DNA of 25,608 nucleotides from a virus (Duplodnaviria > Caudoviricetes), in IMG/VR virus record IMGVR_UViG_3300032225_001959, positions 1 through 25,608 of that record. The stretch is one strand, 5' to 3'. The notes beneath the pieces are model-generated. The model was given only the letters and a program-made list of their open reading frames with translations, did no database searches and was not told where the DNA came from. The position numbers and the translations under genes were made by a program. Below are positions 7,820-15,680 of this stretch, one piece after another; position 1 is the first letter of the stretch; the number at the start of each line of letters is the position of its first letter.

Positions 7820-7861
7820 TTCAGTTCCTTGTTGTTCAGTAGGAGCACAATGCCCCTACTG

Positions 7862-7900
7862 TATTTACACTATTATATTACACAGTATATGTGATAGCAA
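7862..7900 (-). promoter_or_regulatory. Tandem sigma70-like (TTGCTA-17-TATAAT) and TAAATA promoter motifs upstream of clpS
   Basis: -35 at 7895-7900, -10 at 7872-7877, TAAATA at 7862-7867, followed by an 11-bp leader hairpin. Confidence 0.55.
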
Positions 7901-8330
7901 TAGTCTTTGGCTTGGCGTCTTCCGGCACTTCACGTTTTAAGTGAACACTCAAAATACCCAGTTCAAGGTGTGCATTGCTGATCTCCACATGGTCCGCAAG
8001 TTGGAATTCTCTACGGAAATCTCTGTTGCTAATGCCTTTGTGCAGATAGTTTGGCTCAATTTTTTCACTATCGGGTTGATACTCTTTGCCTTCAATGATC
8101 AAGAACTTTTTGTCCTTGGTCACTGACAGGTTGTCAAGACCAAATCCAGCCACCGCAAGACTAATCATGTACTCATCTTCATTGATTTGTACAATGTTAT
8201 AGGGTGGATAGTTTGAAGTGGATTGTTGAGTACTCACACGCATGAGATCATCAAACATGTTATCAAAACCGATACCAAATTTGTGAAGTGCGGGAATATC
8301 AAAAGAACGAAGGGTGAGAGTTTTTGTCAT
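7878..8330 (-). CDS. Small heat-shock protein (Hsp20, IbpA-like)
   Basis: IGFDNMFD, NYPPYNIV, LAVAGF, YLHKGISNRDFRREFQLA, GILSVHL and the I-x-I tail (IAI). Confidence 0.95.
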   Translation of the reverse strand: MTKTLTLRSFDIPALHKFGIGFDNMFDDLMRVSTQQSTSNYPPYNIVQINEDEYMISLAVAGFGLDNLSVTKDKKFLIIEGKEYQPDSEKIEPNYLHKGISNRDFRREFQLADHVEISNAHLELGILSVHLKREVPEDAKPKTIAITYTV

Positions 8331-8395
8331 TTGTTTTCTCCTTTATAATAAGCAAGATGACTTGTGATGTAGCCCCACTATGGGCACTACATGTT
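8326..8395 (-). promoter_or_regulatory. ROSE-like RNA thermometer in the hsp20 5' UTR
   Basis: UCUU-G-CUU pairs with the SD AAGGAGA with a bulged G. GUCAU can pair with AUGAC at the start codon. An upstream hairpin ATGTAG..CTACAT lies at 8367-8392. Confidence 0.75.
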
Positions 8396-8429
8396 TATTT
8401 ATTATAGAGAAAAAAATTGATTCAGTAAA
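8396..8429 (-). promoter_or_regulatory. Overlapping sigma70-like (TTTACT-17-TATAAT) and TAAATA motifs upstream of hsp20
   Basis: -35 at 8424-8429, -10 at 8401-8406, TAAATA at 8396-8401. Confidence 0.55.
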
Positions 8430-8646
8430 GCTTCTTCGGCAATTCTTGGTTGGCCAGTTTCTTCTTCCAACGATTCTTTGCGGCACTCAATTTGAGTTTA
8501 CGAGCGGTGGTAGGTTTGGTATAAAATTCACGGTCGCGAAGTTCATTCAGCAGTCCTGTTTCCATGATTTTCTTTTTGAACTTGCGTAGAGCCCGGTCTA
8601 CGTTGCCGTCTTGAACTAGTACTGATCTACCCCTGAGCTTTTGCAT
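8422..8646 (-). CDS. rpsU: Phage-encoded ribosomal protein bS21
   Basis: NVDRALRKFKKK...GLLNELRDREFYTKPTTARK..AA..R is the bS21 signature. AAGGA SD, with TAAATA at 8671-8676. Confidence 0.92.
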   Translation of the reverse strand: MQKLRGRSVLVQDGNVDRALRKFKKKIMETGLLNELRDREFYTKPTTARKLKLSAAKNRWKKKLANQELPKKLY

Positions 8647-9838
8647 TCACTTCCTTTAATTCTGTAGGAGTATTTACCTGATTTGTGTCAATAAACACAT
8701 GGTCGATACCTTCCCTACGATAACGGGCCAAATAGAACATATGGGGCAATAGCACACGCTCTAGTTCCGAGTGCAATCCTCTGGCACCAGTTTTGTTTAA
8801 AATAGTGCGATCTGCAATCATTTCTAGTGCATCGGGGCTAAACTCTAGTTCTACTTTGTCTTGCCCAAACAACCAGGAATACTGCTCTATGTAACTGTGT
8901 TTGACATCTAGCAAAATACGGATCAAATCTTCTTTTGTGAGTTCGCTGAGTGCTACCCAACTAGGGAAACGTCCCACAAATTCTGGAATCATACCAAACT
9001 TTATTAGATCTTCGGGTGTGGTTTGATCTAGCGTTACTGTATCGTTTTTAATTTTGGCGCCAAATCCAATACTGGTTCCTTGCACACGATTTTTAACAAC
9101 ATTGTCCAGTCCCACAAACGCACCACCAGCAATAAACAAAATATTAGTGGTATCAATTTCGATCATCTCCCCCGAAGGATGTTTGCGGTTGCCTGTGGGA
9201 GTGACTCTGCACTTGGTGCCTTCTACTAATTTAAGCAAGGCCTGCTGTACACCTTCTCCTGACACGTCTCGTGTGATACTGGCGCTTTCGCTACGTCGAC
9301 TAATTTTGTCAATTTCGTCAATGAACACAATGCCACGCTGTGTTTTGGCAATATCTCCACCGGCGGCTGCAAACAATCTAGAAATCAAACTTTCTACGTC
9401 ATCGCCTACATAACCGGCTTCAGTTAAACTTGTGGCATCTGCAATAACAAATGGCACATCCAAATAACGTGCCACAGTCTTGGCCAGCAATGTTTTGCCC
9501 GATCCTGTGGGACCAAGCATGAGAATATTACATTTCTCAACTTCCACATCTGGATCAGGATTAGTGATGCGTTTGTAGTGATTAACAACTGCTACACTTA
9601 GCACCTGCTTGGCTCGATCCTGGCCAATCACATACCGGTCCAGATGTTGTTTGATCAGCAATGGATCAAGTTCAATGGGCTCGCTTGGTTTGACAATATG
9701 CTCATCGTGAAGCAAGGTCTCACAAAGTTCTACACACTCGTTACAAATTGCAACTTGTTCGCCCACTATAAGTTTGGCCACTACGTCTTTATGTTTACCG
9801 CAAAAACTACAGGTGTTGATTGATTCATTAGATTTCAT
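8627..9838 (-). CDS. clpX: ATP-dependent Clp protease ATP-binding subunit ClpX
   Basis: C4 zinc domain (CSFC..CNEC), Walker A GPTGSGKT, GYVG pore loop, Walker B IVFIDEIDK, RDVSGEGVQQALLK, RKH loop, IGF loop and GARGL. Start placed at MKSNES (9838). Confidence 0.96.
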   Translation of the reverse strand: MKSNESINTCSFCGKHKDVVAKLIVGEQVAICNECVELCETLLHDEHIVKPSEPIELDPLLIKQHLDRYVIGQDRAKQVLSVAVVNHYKRITNPDPDVEVEKCNILMLGPTGSGKTLLAKTVARYLDVPFVIADATSLTEAGYVGDDVESLISRLFAAAGGDIAKTQRGIVFIDEIDKISRRSESASITRDVSGEGVQQALLKLVEGTKCRVTPTGNRKHPSGEMIEIDTTNILFIAGGAFVGLDNVVKNRVQGTSIGFGAKIKNDTVTLDQTTPEDLIKFGMIPEFVGRFPSWVALSELTKEDLIRILLDVKHSYIEQYSWLFGQDKVELEFSPDALEMIADRTILNKTGARGLHSELERVLLPHMFYLARYRREGIDHVFIDTNQVNTPTELKEVNAKAQG

Positions 9839-11387
9839 TAGGATTCTTTGTTTGTAAGTAATGTGCCACTTGTTCACGTTCGCTATCACTCAACAAGTCC
9901 GGATCATATTCACCAGTACTTATTTTATCTATCAGGTGTTCAATGTAAGCCAAGTCGTAAGTGTAACTGTCGCTGAGATTTTTGTCAACTGCAATCCAAT
10001 TGCTTCCATTATATTTGTACAGCACACTGGGCATGACGTCCACTCGCACAAAGGTGTCACCTTTGTTGGAATTTTCTGGAAAACTGATACCAAAGCCACT
10101 GTGACTTTGTCTGCCATCGGCATTGTCGGCCACCAGGCCCATCCAAGGCAATTCGGCAATTTCTCCACGCATAAACTTGTAGCGTTGGTTCTTTATGGTA
10201 TCCTCAGGATTAGCGAGCTTCCATTTTTTGATAGCGGCCTTAATTTCATCATCATCATCAATTTCTTCGTCTGGCGGCTCAACCGCCGGCATTTTGTCAA
10301 ACCGTGACACCATGCGTTCATTATCATACACGTGAAGATCAGGTTCGGGTTCATGATGCTCGTCCACGAACTCGTATTCGATTTCAATTGGTGCAAACTT
10401 GATAGGTTCCTCACCATCGACATTGTCTATTACATCGCATTTCTTGTTGGGGCAAAACAGGCCAATGCCTGGAGCATCTACCAAGGGTGTGCCGCATTTG
10501 TAGCAAGGTATAGGATCATCGGGAGGTTCTGGCACTGACGCTTTTATTTGTTCTATCTGATCCGTGGTTAGCGGACCATCGTCGGGCGGGTACTGGGGTT
10601 CGGGTTCATCATGTATGAATCCTCCGGTGCCTTGCCTTGCCCATTCAAACTGTTTGTTGGCAGCCAGAATTAAAGTTAGTGCTAGTGGGTCAAACACCAA
10701 CACAATCATGATGATTACTAAACGTACAGCACGTTCTAGCACATTCGAATCAGGATTGTCTCCATATACTAATGCCGCAATGTATTTGATTGGACCTACT
10801 TCTGATTCAACCTTGCGGAACTCAGCCGCTAGCGGTGCTCGTTCTTCATTAAGACCAGTAATCTTTTTCTGTTCGGTTTCGATGTCAGCAAGTATCCTAG
10901 CCCGTTCACGTTGCTGGCCTCTTCGTATTGCAACTGCTTTGTCGGCACCTTTTTCATCTGCTGATCGGCCCATAACTTGGTCCACAGCCTCATCCATCTG
11001 TTTAAGTGCCCGGCGGTCGGCTTCAATATTGTCACGAGATATCTTGATCTTTTCATCGTAGATTGCTACCTTTGCTACTGCGTCACCTGATACCAGGCTT
11101 TGGTCTGAATGGGCCTTGGAGAGATATCCAAAGATGCCCATTGATGTCAACAGCATCAGGAATGCCACAGCAGGAACCAGATACACCTTGAACAACACTC
11201 CTACTCGTTGCCAGTTGTTGTGCAACCAAACAGTGGCCACAATCTTTCCCAGTTCCAATGAGCCGCCCATGATCATCACAGGTATGGCTGCCGCGGAGAA
11301 GATGGCTGTCAAGCCTGCTACTGAATAATAAGCGGCCACACAACTAAGCAAGATTGCTGTGGACAGGATGCTGAAACCAAATATCAT
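9828..11387 (-). CDS. Membrane-anchored coiled-coil protein with a Zn-ribbon-like motif and an acidic C-terminal region
   Basis: Three N-terminal TM helices, a long coiled coil, a fourth TM (LVIIMIVLVFDPLALTLILAA), CYKC..CPNKKC and a Pro/acidic linker. TAAATA lies 7 nt before the ATG. Confidence 0.75.
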   Translation of the reverse strand: MIFGFSILSTAILLSCVAAYYSVAGLTAIFSAAAIPVMIMGGSLELGKIVATVWLHNNWQRVGVLFKVYLVPAVAFLMLLTSMGIFGYLSKAHSDQSLVSGDAVAKVAIYDEKIKISRDNIEADRRALKQMDEAVDQVMGRSADEKGADKAVAIRRGQQRERARILADIETEQKKITGLNEERAPLAAEFRKVESEVGPIKYIAALVYGDNPDSNVLERAVRLVIIMIVLVFDPLALTLILAANKQFEWARQGTGGFIHDEPEPQYPPDDGPLTTDQIEQIKASVPEPPDDPIPCYKCGTPLVDAPGIGLFCPNKKCDVIDNVDGEEPIKFAPIEIEYEFVDEHHEPEPDLHVYDNERMVSRFDKMPAVEPPDEEIDDDDEIKAAIKKWKLANPEDTIKNQRYKFMRGEIAELPWMGLVADNADGRQSHSGFGISFPENSNKGDTFVRVDVMPSVLYKYNGSNWIAVDKNLSDSYTYDLAYIEHLIDKISTGEYDPDLLSDSEREQVAHYLQTKNPNEI

Positions 11388-11393
11388 AGAGTA

Positions 11394-11708
11394 TTATTTA
11401 CCGGGTTCTACTTGTCGTACCGCATGTTTGATTGCTATCCAGGTACCAAATGCAGGATCTGGCACCTCAAACCACACACGTTCTGCATGTCCATCCAGGC
11501 GCCAGAGACTGGCATGTTCAAGTCGCCGTTTGACATGGGCTTGACTACGCCAGTTTCGACCAAACTGTGCTCGTGCTTCTCGCATGATATCATACCATGT
11601 GTCCACACTTGACAGTTCGAAATATAATTTGTGCATGGGCAAGGCCGTTGTTTTAAGAGAGTCAAGGGACGGAAGCATGAAATCAGTGGCTTCTATTTTA
11701 ACAGACAT
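11394..11708 (-). CDS. Hypothetical protein (104 aa)
   Basis: AAAGGA SD. An in-frame TAA directly before the ATG fixes the earliest possible start. Confidence 0.7.
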   Translation of the reverse strand: MSVKIEATDFMLPSLDSLKTTALPMHKLYFELSSVDTWYDIMREARAQFGRNWRSQAHVKRRLEHASLWRLDGHAERVWFEVPDPAFGTWIAIKHAVRQVEPGK

Positions 11709-11719
11709 TTACATTCCTT

Positions 11720-11900
11720 TCACTGTGATTTCCAACTTGAGCATACACCGGGTATCAGCCGGTTTTGACTCATTGCTGAGTCTTGGACAGTGTCTCAACC
11801 TTGTGGGCATTATATCTACCTGCCACGGCTATGTCGGGCCCGGGCGTTCACGCACCCCGCTCATACCATTAGATCGCCACCATTTTCTTGCTCATGCACA
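11720..11900 (-). ncRNA. Candidate structured noncoding RNA or long cis-regulatory leader
   Basis: Gap of about 190 nt directly after a consensus promoter, with at least four hairpins (one capped by a GNRA loop) and a closing helix TGAGCA/TGCTCA. Confidence 0.65.
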
Positions 11901-11905
11901 AAGTT

Positions 11906-11935
11906 ATTATACATGAGGAGTGGTGACAGTGTCAA
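11906..11935 (-). promoter_or_regulatory. Sigma70-type promoter
   Basis: TTGACA-18 nt-TATAAT. Confidence 0.8.
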
Positions 11936-11936
11936 C

Positions 11937-12320
11937 TTACTGTTGTTCTAAACTCAATGGTCCATTAAACCAAGTTTCTGTGTCATCCTGGCTCCAGCCT
12001 TCGCCTTCCCAGGCATCATAGCCTTCTTCGTCCCAGAGTTCATCCATGCGTTGTTGTTCTTCCTCGCTCATGTCTTCAGGATATTCAACATCTACCCAGC
12101 AACCATCATCTAGATTGTCAAGTTCAAAGTCATAGTCGGTGGCAAATACTTCAAGTCCGTCAGGATTTTCTAAATCAATATCAGGTCTTTCGTCACTTTC
12201 ACAATACACTGTGCCCCAACGAAAGCCGGTGCTACGTTTGATTATTTTTCCGTCCTTGTACCAGAACTCAGTCTCTACGACGTTTTTCTTTTCTAGTGTT
12301 GTAAGTACCCATGTAGTCAT
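11937..12320 (-). CDS. Acidic hypothetical protein (127 aa)
   Basis: Tightly packed ORF after yccA with an AGGA SD. Very rich in D, E and W. Confidence 0.75.
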   Translation of the reverse strand: MTTWVLTTLEKKNVVETEFWYKDGKIIKRSTGFRWGTVYCESDERPDIDLENPDGLEVFATDYDFELDNLDDGCWVDVEYPEDMSEEEQQRMDELWDEEGYDAWEGEGWSQDDTETWFNGPLSLEQQ

Positions 12321-12322
12321 GA

Positions 12323-13012
12323 TTATTTCCTATCCCCAAACAGTTGTAACAAATTCAAGAACAAGTTGATAAAGTCCATGTAGAGTGTCAACGCACCACG
12401 CACCTCTGCGGCATCAGTAGTTTCTACACTGAGTTCTTCACGGATCTGTTGTGTGTCATAGGCAGTCAGGCCCAGAAAGATGACAATGGCCAGAGCAGAG
12501 ATCACCATCTGCATCACGGTGCTGCCAATAAAGATGTTGACTATACTGGCAATACAGATGGCGATCAAACCAACAAACATAAACTGTCCCATGCTCTCAA
12601 GACTGTGTTTGGTAAAATATCCATAGCCACTCATGACCGCAAACAAGATGGCTGACCCCATGAATGCACTCACAATTGACCCCATGGCAAACACAGCAAA
12701 GATCATTGAGAAACTCAGGCCCATCAAGGCCGCAAAGCCATGTAGGCATAACTGTGCCACTGGTTTGCTTGGATCATTGCCCAGCACCATGCTCACACCA
12801 AATATGGCTGCCAAGGGTGCAAAGATCACAATCCACTTCATTACACCTGTAAAAAAGAACTGTAGCAACTCAGGTGTGGTTCCCACCCAGTAACTGACCA
12901 GCATCGACACGATCACTGCTAGACTCATGTGTCCGTAAACACGGCCCATGGCTGTGTTGATTTGCTCTGCTGAACGGTATTGTTCATCATTAAATATAAC
13001 GGTATCATTCAT
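12323..13012 (-). CDS. Bax inhibitor-1/YccA family membrane protein
   Basis: Seven TM helices with RVYGHM, YGYFTK, GLTAYDTQQI and GALTLYMDFINLFLNLL. AAGGAG SD. Confidence 0.92.
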   Translation of the reverse strand: MNDTVIFNDEQYRSAEQINTAMGRVYGHMSLAVIVSMLVSYWVGTTPELLQFFFTGVMKWIVIFAPLAAIFGVSMVLGNDPSKPVAQLCLHGFAALMGLSFSMIFAVFAMGSIVSAFMGSAILFAVMSGYGYFTKHSLESMGQFMFVGLIAICIASIVNIFIGSTVMQMVISALAIVIFLGLTAYDTQQIREELSVETTDAAEVRGALTLYMDFINLFLNLLQLFGDRK

Positions 13013-13023
13013 AATATTCTCCT

Positions 13024-14205
13024 TTAAGGTCTATTGGTTGGCCACTTGGTAGCGTCGGCCATTGCTTCATCTTCTACGCTGAGTATTTCTACATAACTAC
13101 TGCACTCTGGACATACCATCTCATCGTCTGCATTATTTAACGTATCGTCAATGGGACCTTCCCATGCACAGCCTTTACAGGCACAATTGATGAGTTTTAA
13201 TCCTTCTGCCGCATCTGATGCCGTCAATGCTTCAAACTCTGCTTTGAGTTCTTCCAGTGCATCTTCTAGATCCATTACTCGATCTTCTGTAGTGCCCGCA
13301 TCTGGATCTTGTGCAAGTCCGCGCCATTCTTTGATCTTGATTATCTTGTCTGGATCATCATAGTCCTCTTCAACTGTCCAACTGTTGACCCAATTGGATC
13401 CTGTCCACAATCCGCGATGTTCCCAGGAGTTTTTGCCTGCAGTTTTGATCATGTACTGACCCACGTGTACTGGTTTGACTTTCTTGGGGAACCATTCGGT
13501 CATTTCATACTCAATGTCATCCATGGTGGCATATTTTTCCCAGGTGTTTGAATCCTTGATCAAGTACAAACCAAACTCCGAGCCTTTGCCATTGGTATCG
13601 CCACCCCAGTTGTCGATTTGTTCACCATCGTATTTGACACTATTGATGATGTCACAGCCGTCAATCTCGTCGTAGCCCAGTTCCAATTTTGTGATGTCAA
13701 ATGGTTGCTTGAGTTCAATTTCACCTTCAAAGAATGTGCCTTTTTCACTGCTGACCCCGAAGAATACCACAGTACCCACAGGGTTCATACCAATCCAGTA
13801 TTCCTCGCCACCGCCCCATTCAGGTTCAGGGTTGCCATCATTGTCTTCATAACCTGTAATATCTTCTAGACGTTTTTCATAAATGGTATCACCATTTTCA
13901 TCGTCAATTTGTACCGTACCAGCATTGCGGTCAAGACCATGTTCGTGACATATATTGTCGCAATCATAGTAACTGCCTGGTGTGAATGGCCACATTTCTT
14001 CGGGAATATTGTTTTCTTCTGCGTAGTCACTTTGCCAGGCAAATTCGCTGAGATCCAATCTACGATGTCGGAAGTAATCGTAGATCTTGCGATCTACACT
14101 ACCCATGATATACTCACCACCGTAACCCCACAAATGAATCTTGTAGGTACGTGGAGTAAATTTTAAAACTTCAATAAGTTTTTCATGTTCTTTAACTGTA
14201 GCCAT
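13024..14205 (-). CDS. Acidic multidomain hypothetical protein with a C-terminal Zn-ribbon-like motif
   Basis: 393-aa ORF with a GAGGA SD and CKGC...CPEC near the C-terminus. Confidence 0.75.
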   Translation of the reverse strand: MATVKEHEKLIEVLKFTPRTYKIHLWGYGGEYIMGSVDRKIYDYFRHRRLDLSEFAWQSDYAEENNIPEEMWPFTPGSYYDCDNICHEHGLDRNAGTVQIDDENGDTIYEKRLEDITGYEDNDGNPEPEWGGGEEYWIGMNPVGTVVFFGVSSEKGTFFEGEIELKQPFDITKLELGYDEIDGCDIINSVKYDGEQIDNWGGDTNGKGSEFGLYLIKDSNTWEKYATMDDIEYEMTEWFPKKVKPVHVGQYMIKTAGKNSWEHRGLWTGSNWVNSWTVEEDYDDPDKIIKIKEWRGLAQDPDAGTTEDRVMDLEDALEELKAEFEALTASDAAEGLKLINCACKGCAWEGPIDDTLNNADDEMVCPECSSYVEILSVEDEAMADATKWPTNRP

Positions 14206-14206
14206 T

Positions 14207-14317
14207 TTAGTCCTCTATTAAAAAATATCCCGAAGCCGGGTACTGCACTTGTAACCATTCCAGCAGACCTGGTTCCCATGGTAATTGTATTTCTAAATTT
14301 CGAGATGAAATTTTCAT
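14207..14317 (-). CDS. Small hypothetical protein (36 aa, MKISSRNLEIQLPWEPGLLEWLQVQYPASGYFLIED)
   Basis: Below the track cutoff. ATGA overlap with the upstream stop; ends 1 nt before the next ATG and fills the gap exactly. Confidence 0.65.
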   Translation of the reverse strand: MKISSRNLEIQLPWEPGLLEWLQVQYPASGYFLIED

Positions 14318-14724
14318 CTATAACTCTTGTCTAGTCGGGTATTGGTCAAACCTGCAATGGTCTGAAACTGATCCCAAGCATCTTTCACTGCAGGACGATT
14401 CATCATCTCTGAATCAGGTAGCACAGTTTCCAACCATATTTCAGGGCGACGAGCAGGATTCCATCCAAACTTGCGTGGCTGGTGGAACTTGCCTGTTTCC
14501 CAAAGTTCAATGCTGACGCTTCGGAATCGATCTTCATCTGCATCCTCGTACTCATACCATTCAGGATTGCTACCAAAGCGATAGCCTTTCCAGATACCCT
14601 GCCACTGTTCATCATCTCGTGGATCAAAATCTGTACGAGTGATCAGCACAAGGACATCCGCAATGTCCACTCGACCTTCTACAATGTCTTTGACGCATCG
14701 GCTGTAACTGAGTCCAATTTTCAT
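14314..14724 (-). CDS. Hypothetical protein (136 aa)
   Basis: ATGA overlaps at both ends. Confidence 0.75.
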   Translation of the reverse strand: MKIGLSYSRCVKDIVEGRVDIADVLVLITRTDFDPRDDEQWQGIWKGYRFGSNPEWYEYEDADEDRFRSVSIELWETGKFHQPRKFGWNPARRPEIWLETVLPDSEMMNRPAVKDAWDQFQTIAGLTNTRLDKSYR

Positions 14725-15338
14725 TTTTGTTCCAAGTCATTTAATAATTCAAAATCTATTAGAGGATGGGCATTTTTAAAATTCTCAATTGAGTTCACAG
14801 TATCAGTATAATCTGAAACTATTGCAAAAATAATTCGAGAAGTTTCGATATTTTCGACGCTGTGACACCTTGATACTTCGTAAGCATACCATTGATTTTT
14901 TTGGAATCTATATTGACCAAATTTTGATACGCTATCATAATGATAATTTACAGCACCATCAATGTCTGTATCTTTGATTGCATCGTAAAAAACTGTATCA
15001 ACATTATTGCCGCCCGTTTCTAAATAGTAATTTAAGGCCACACCACGCTTTCTGTCAACATGTGGAGGCATGCATGCCGGTAACAGTTGAGTATTTTTCA
15101 TAACACCTATTAGACCTGTGATAGGCACATTGAAAAATTTTCCATATTCTTGTTGGGTTTGTTTTTCTAGCAAGGACCTATCAAAATAATGCAAGGCACT
15201 GTTTACTGTTTGATTGTGAAAGTCATCTAACCATTGTTTCTTCCTTGCATCTAATACAAGTGTTGAAACAAAATTATGTATAGATGTGACCAATCCCGGC
15301 GACGGGGGCGGCAGATCTATTTTGTAAACTTGAATCAT
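14721..15338 (-). CDS. Putative 2OG-Fe(II) oxygenase-like protein
   Basis: PPHVD (H-x-D), distal His in RCHSVEN and Arg in SRII. AT-rich. Confidence 0.6.
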   Translation of the reverse strand: MIQVYKIDLPPPSPGLVTSIHNFVSTLVLDARKKQWLDDFHNQTVNSALHYFDRSLLEKQTQQEYGKFFNVPITGLIGVMKNTQLLPACMPPHVDRKRGVALNYYLETGGNNVDTVFYDAIKDTDIDGAVNYHYDSVSKFGQYRFQKNQWYAYEVSRCHSVENIETSRIIFAIVSDYTDTVNSIENFKNAHPLIDFELLNDLEQK

Positions 15339-15454
15339 TTATTTTCTGCTTTTTTTTCAATGGGCGGAGGAAAGTAAGGCTCAATTATGTAGTGTGTGCT
15401 GGTCCACCAGCCAAAGGCAGTGATCATGCCTGCTACAAATATTTCAAGTACCAT
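15335..15454 (-). CDS. Small single-TM hypothetical protein (39 aa, MVLEIFVAGMITAFGWWTSTHYIIEPYFPPPIEKKAENK)
   Basis: Below the track cutoff. Fills the gap, and its stop forms an ATGA overlap with the next gene. Confidence 0.65.
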   Translation of the reverse strand: MVLEIFVAGMITAFGWWTSTHYIIEPYFPPPIEKKAENK

Positions 15455-15674
15455 CTTTTATTCCTAAGGTCATGGGTGCGTGATCCAACACATCTTGATC
15501 GTTTTTACGATAAAAATATGCATCGGGATCTGTGATTGTGACACACAAGTCACTGTGGTGTATGTCATAGTCCACAAAGTTGTGATCAGCATCATACACC
15601 CGAAACACATACTCTCCGTTGAATAAATCTAACAAGTGTCCGCGAACACCATCTGCTGATATTGGTTTAGTCAT
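15444..15674 (-). CDS. Hypothetical protein (76 aa, MTKPISADGVRGHLL...)
   Basis: Start moved from 15785 to ATG 15674, which lies 6 nt after a consensus -10 box. This avoids overlap with the lipoprotein gene. Confidence 0.7.
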   Translation of the reverse strand: MTKPISADGVRGHLLDLFNGEYVFRVYDADHNFVDYDIHHSDLCVTITDPDAYFYRKNDQDVLDHAPMTLGIKDGT

Positions 15675-15680
15675 ATACAA

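Noticed and set aside
11767-11840. Group I intron-like 3' end (GAGACACTGTCC followed by a GNRA hairpin)
   Set aside because: The P7 pairing is incomplete, no P3/P4/P6 core or interrupted gene can be identified, and the region is short. Kept only as an unassigned structured RNA.
11584-11916. Plus-strand 110-aa ORF and tiny minus-strand uORFs (e.g. MSKKMVAI) across the structured gap
   Set aside because: The long ORF is antisense to a better-supported gene and promoter, with no SD or protein-like features. The uORFs are too short to support.
14219-14241. Terminator-like CCCG-GCTT-CGGG plus T run
   Set aside because: It has only a 4-bp core stem and lies inside a well-coupled 36-aa ORF. At most it is a weak attenuator.
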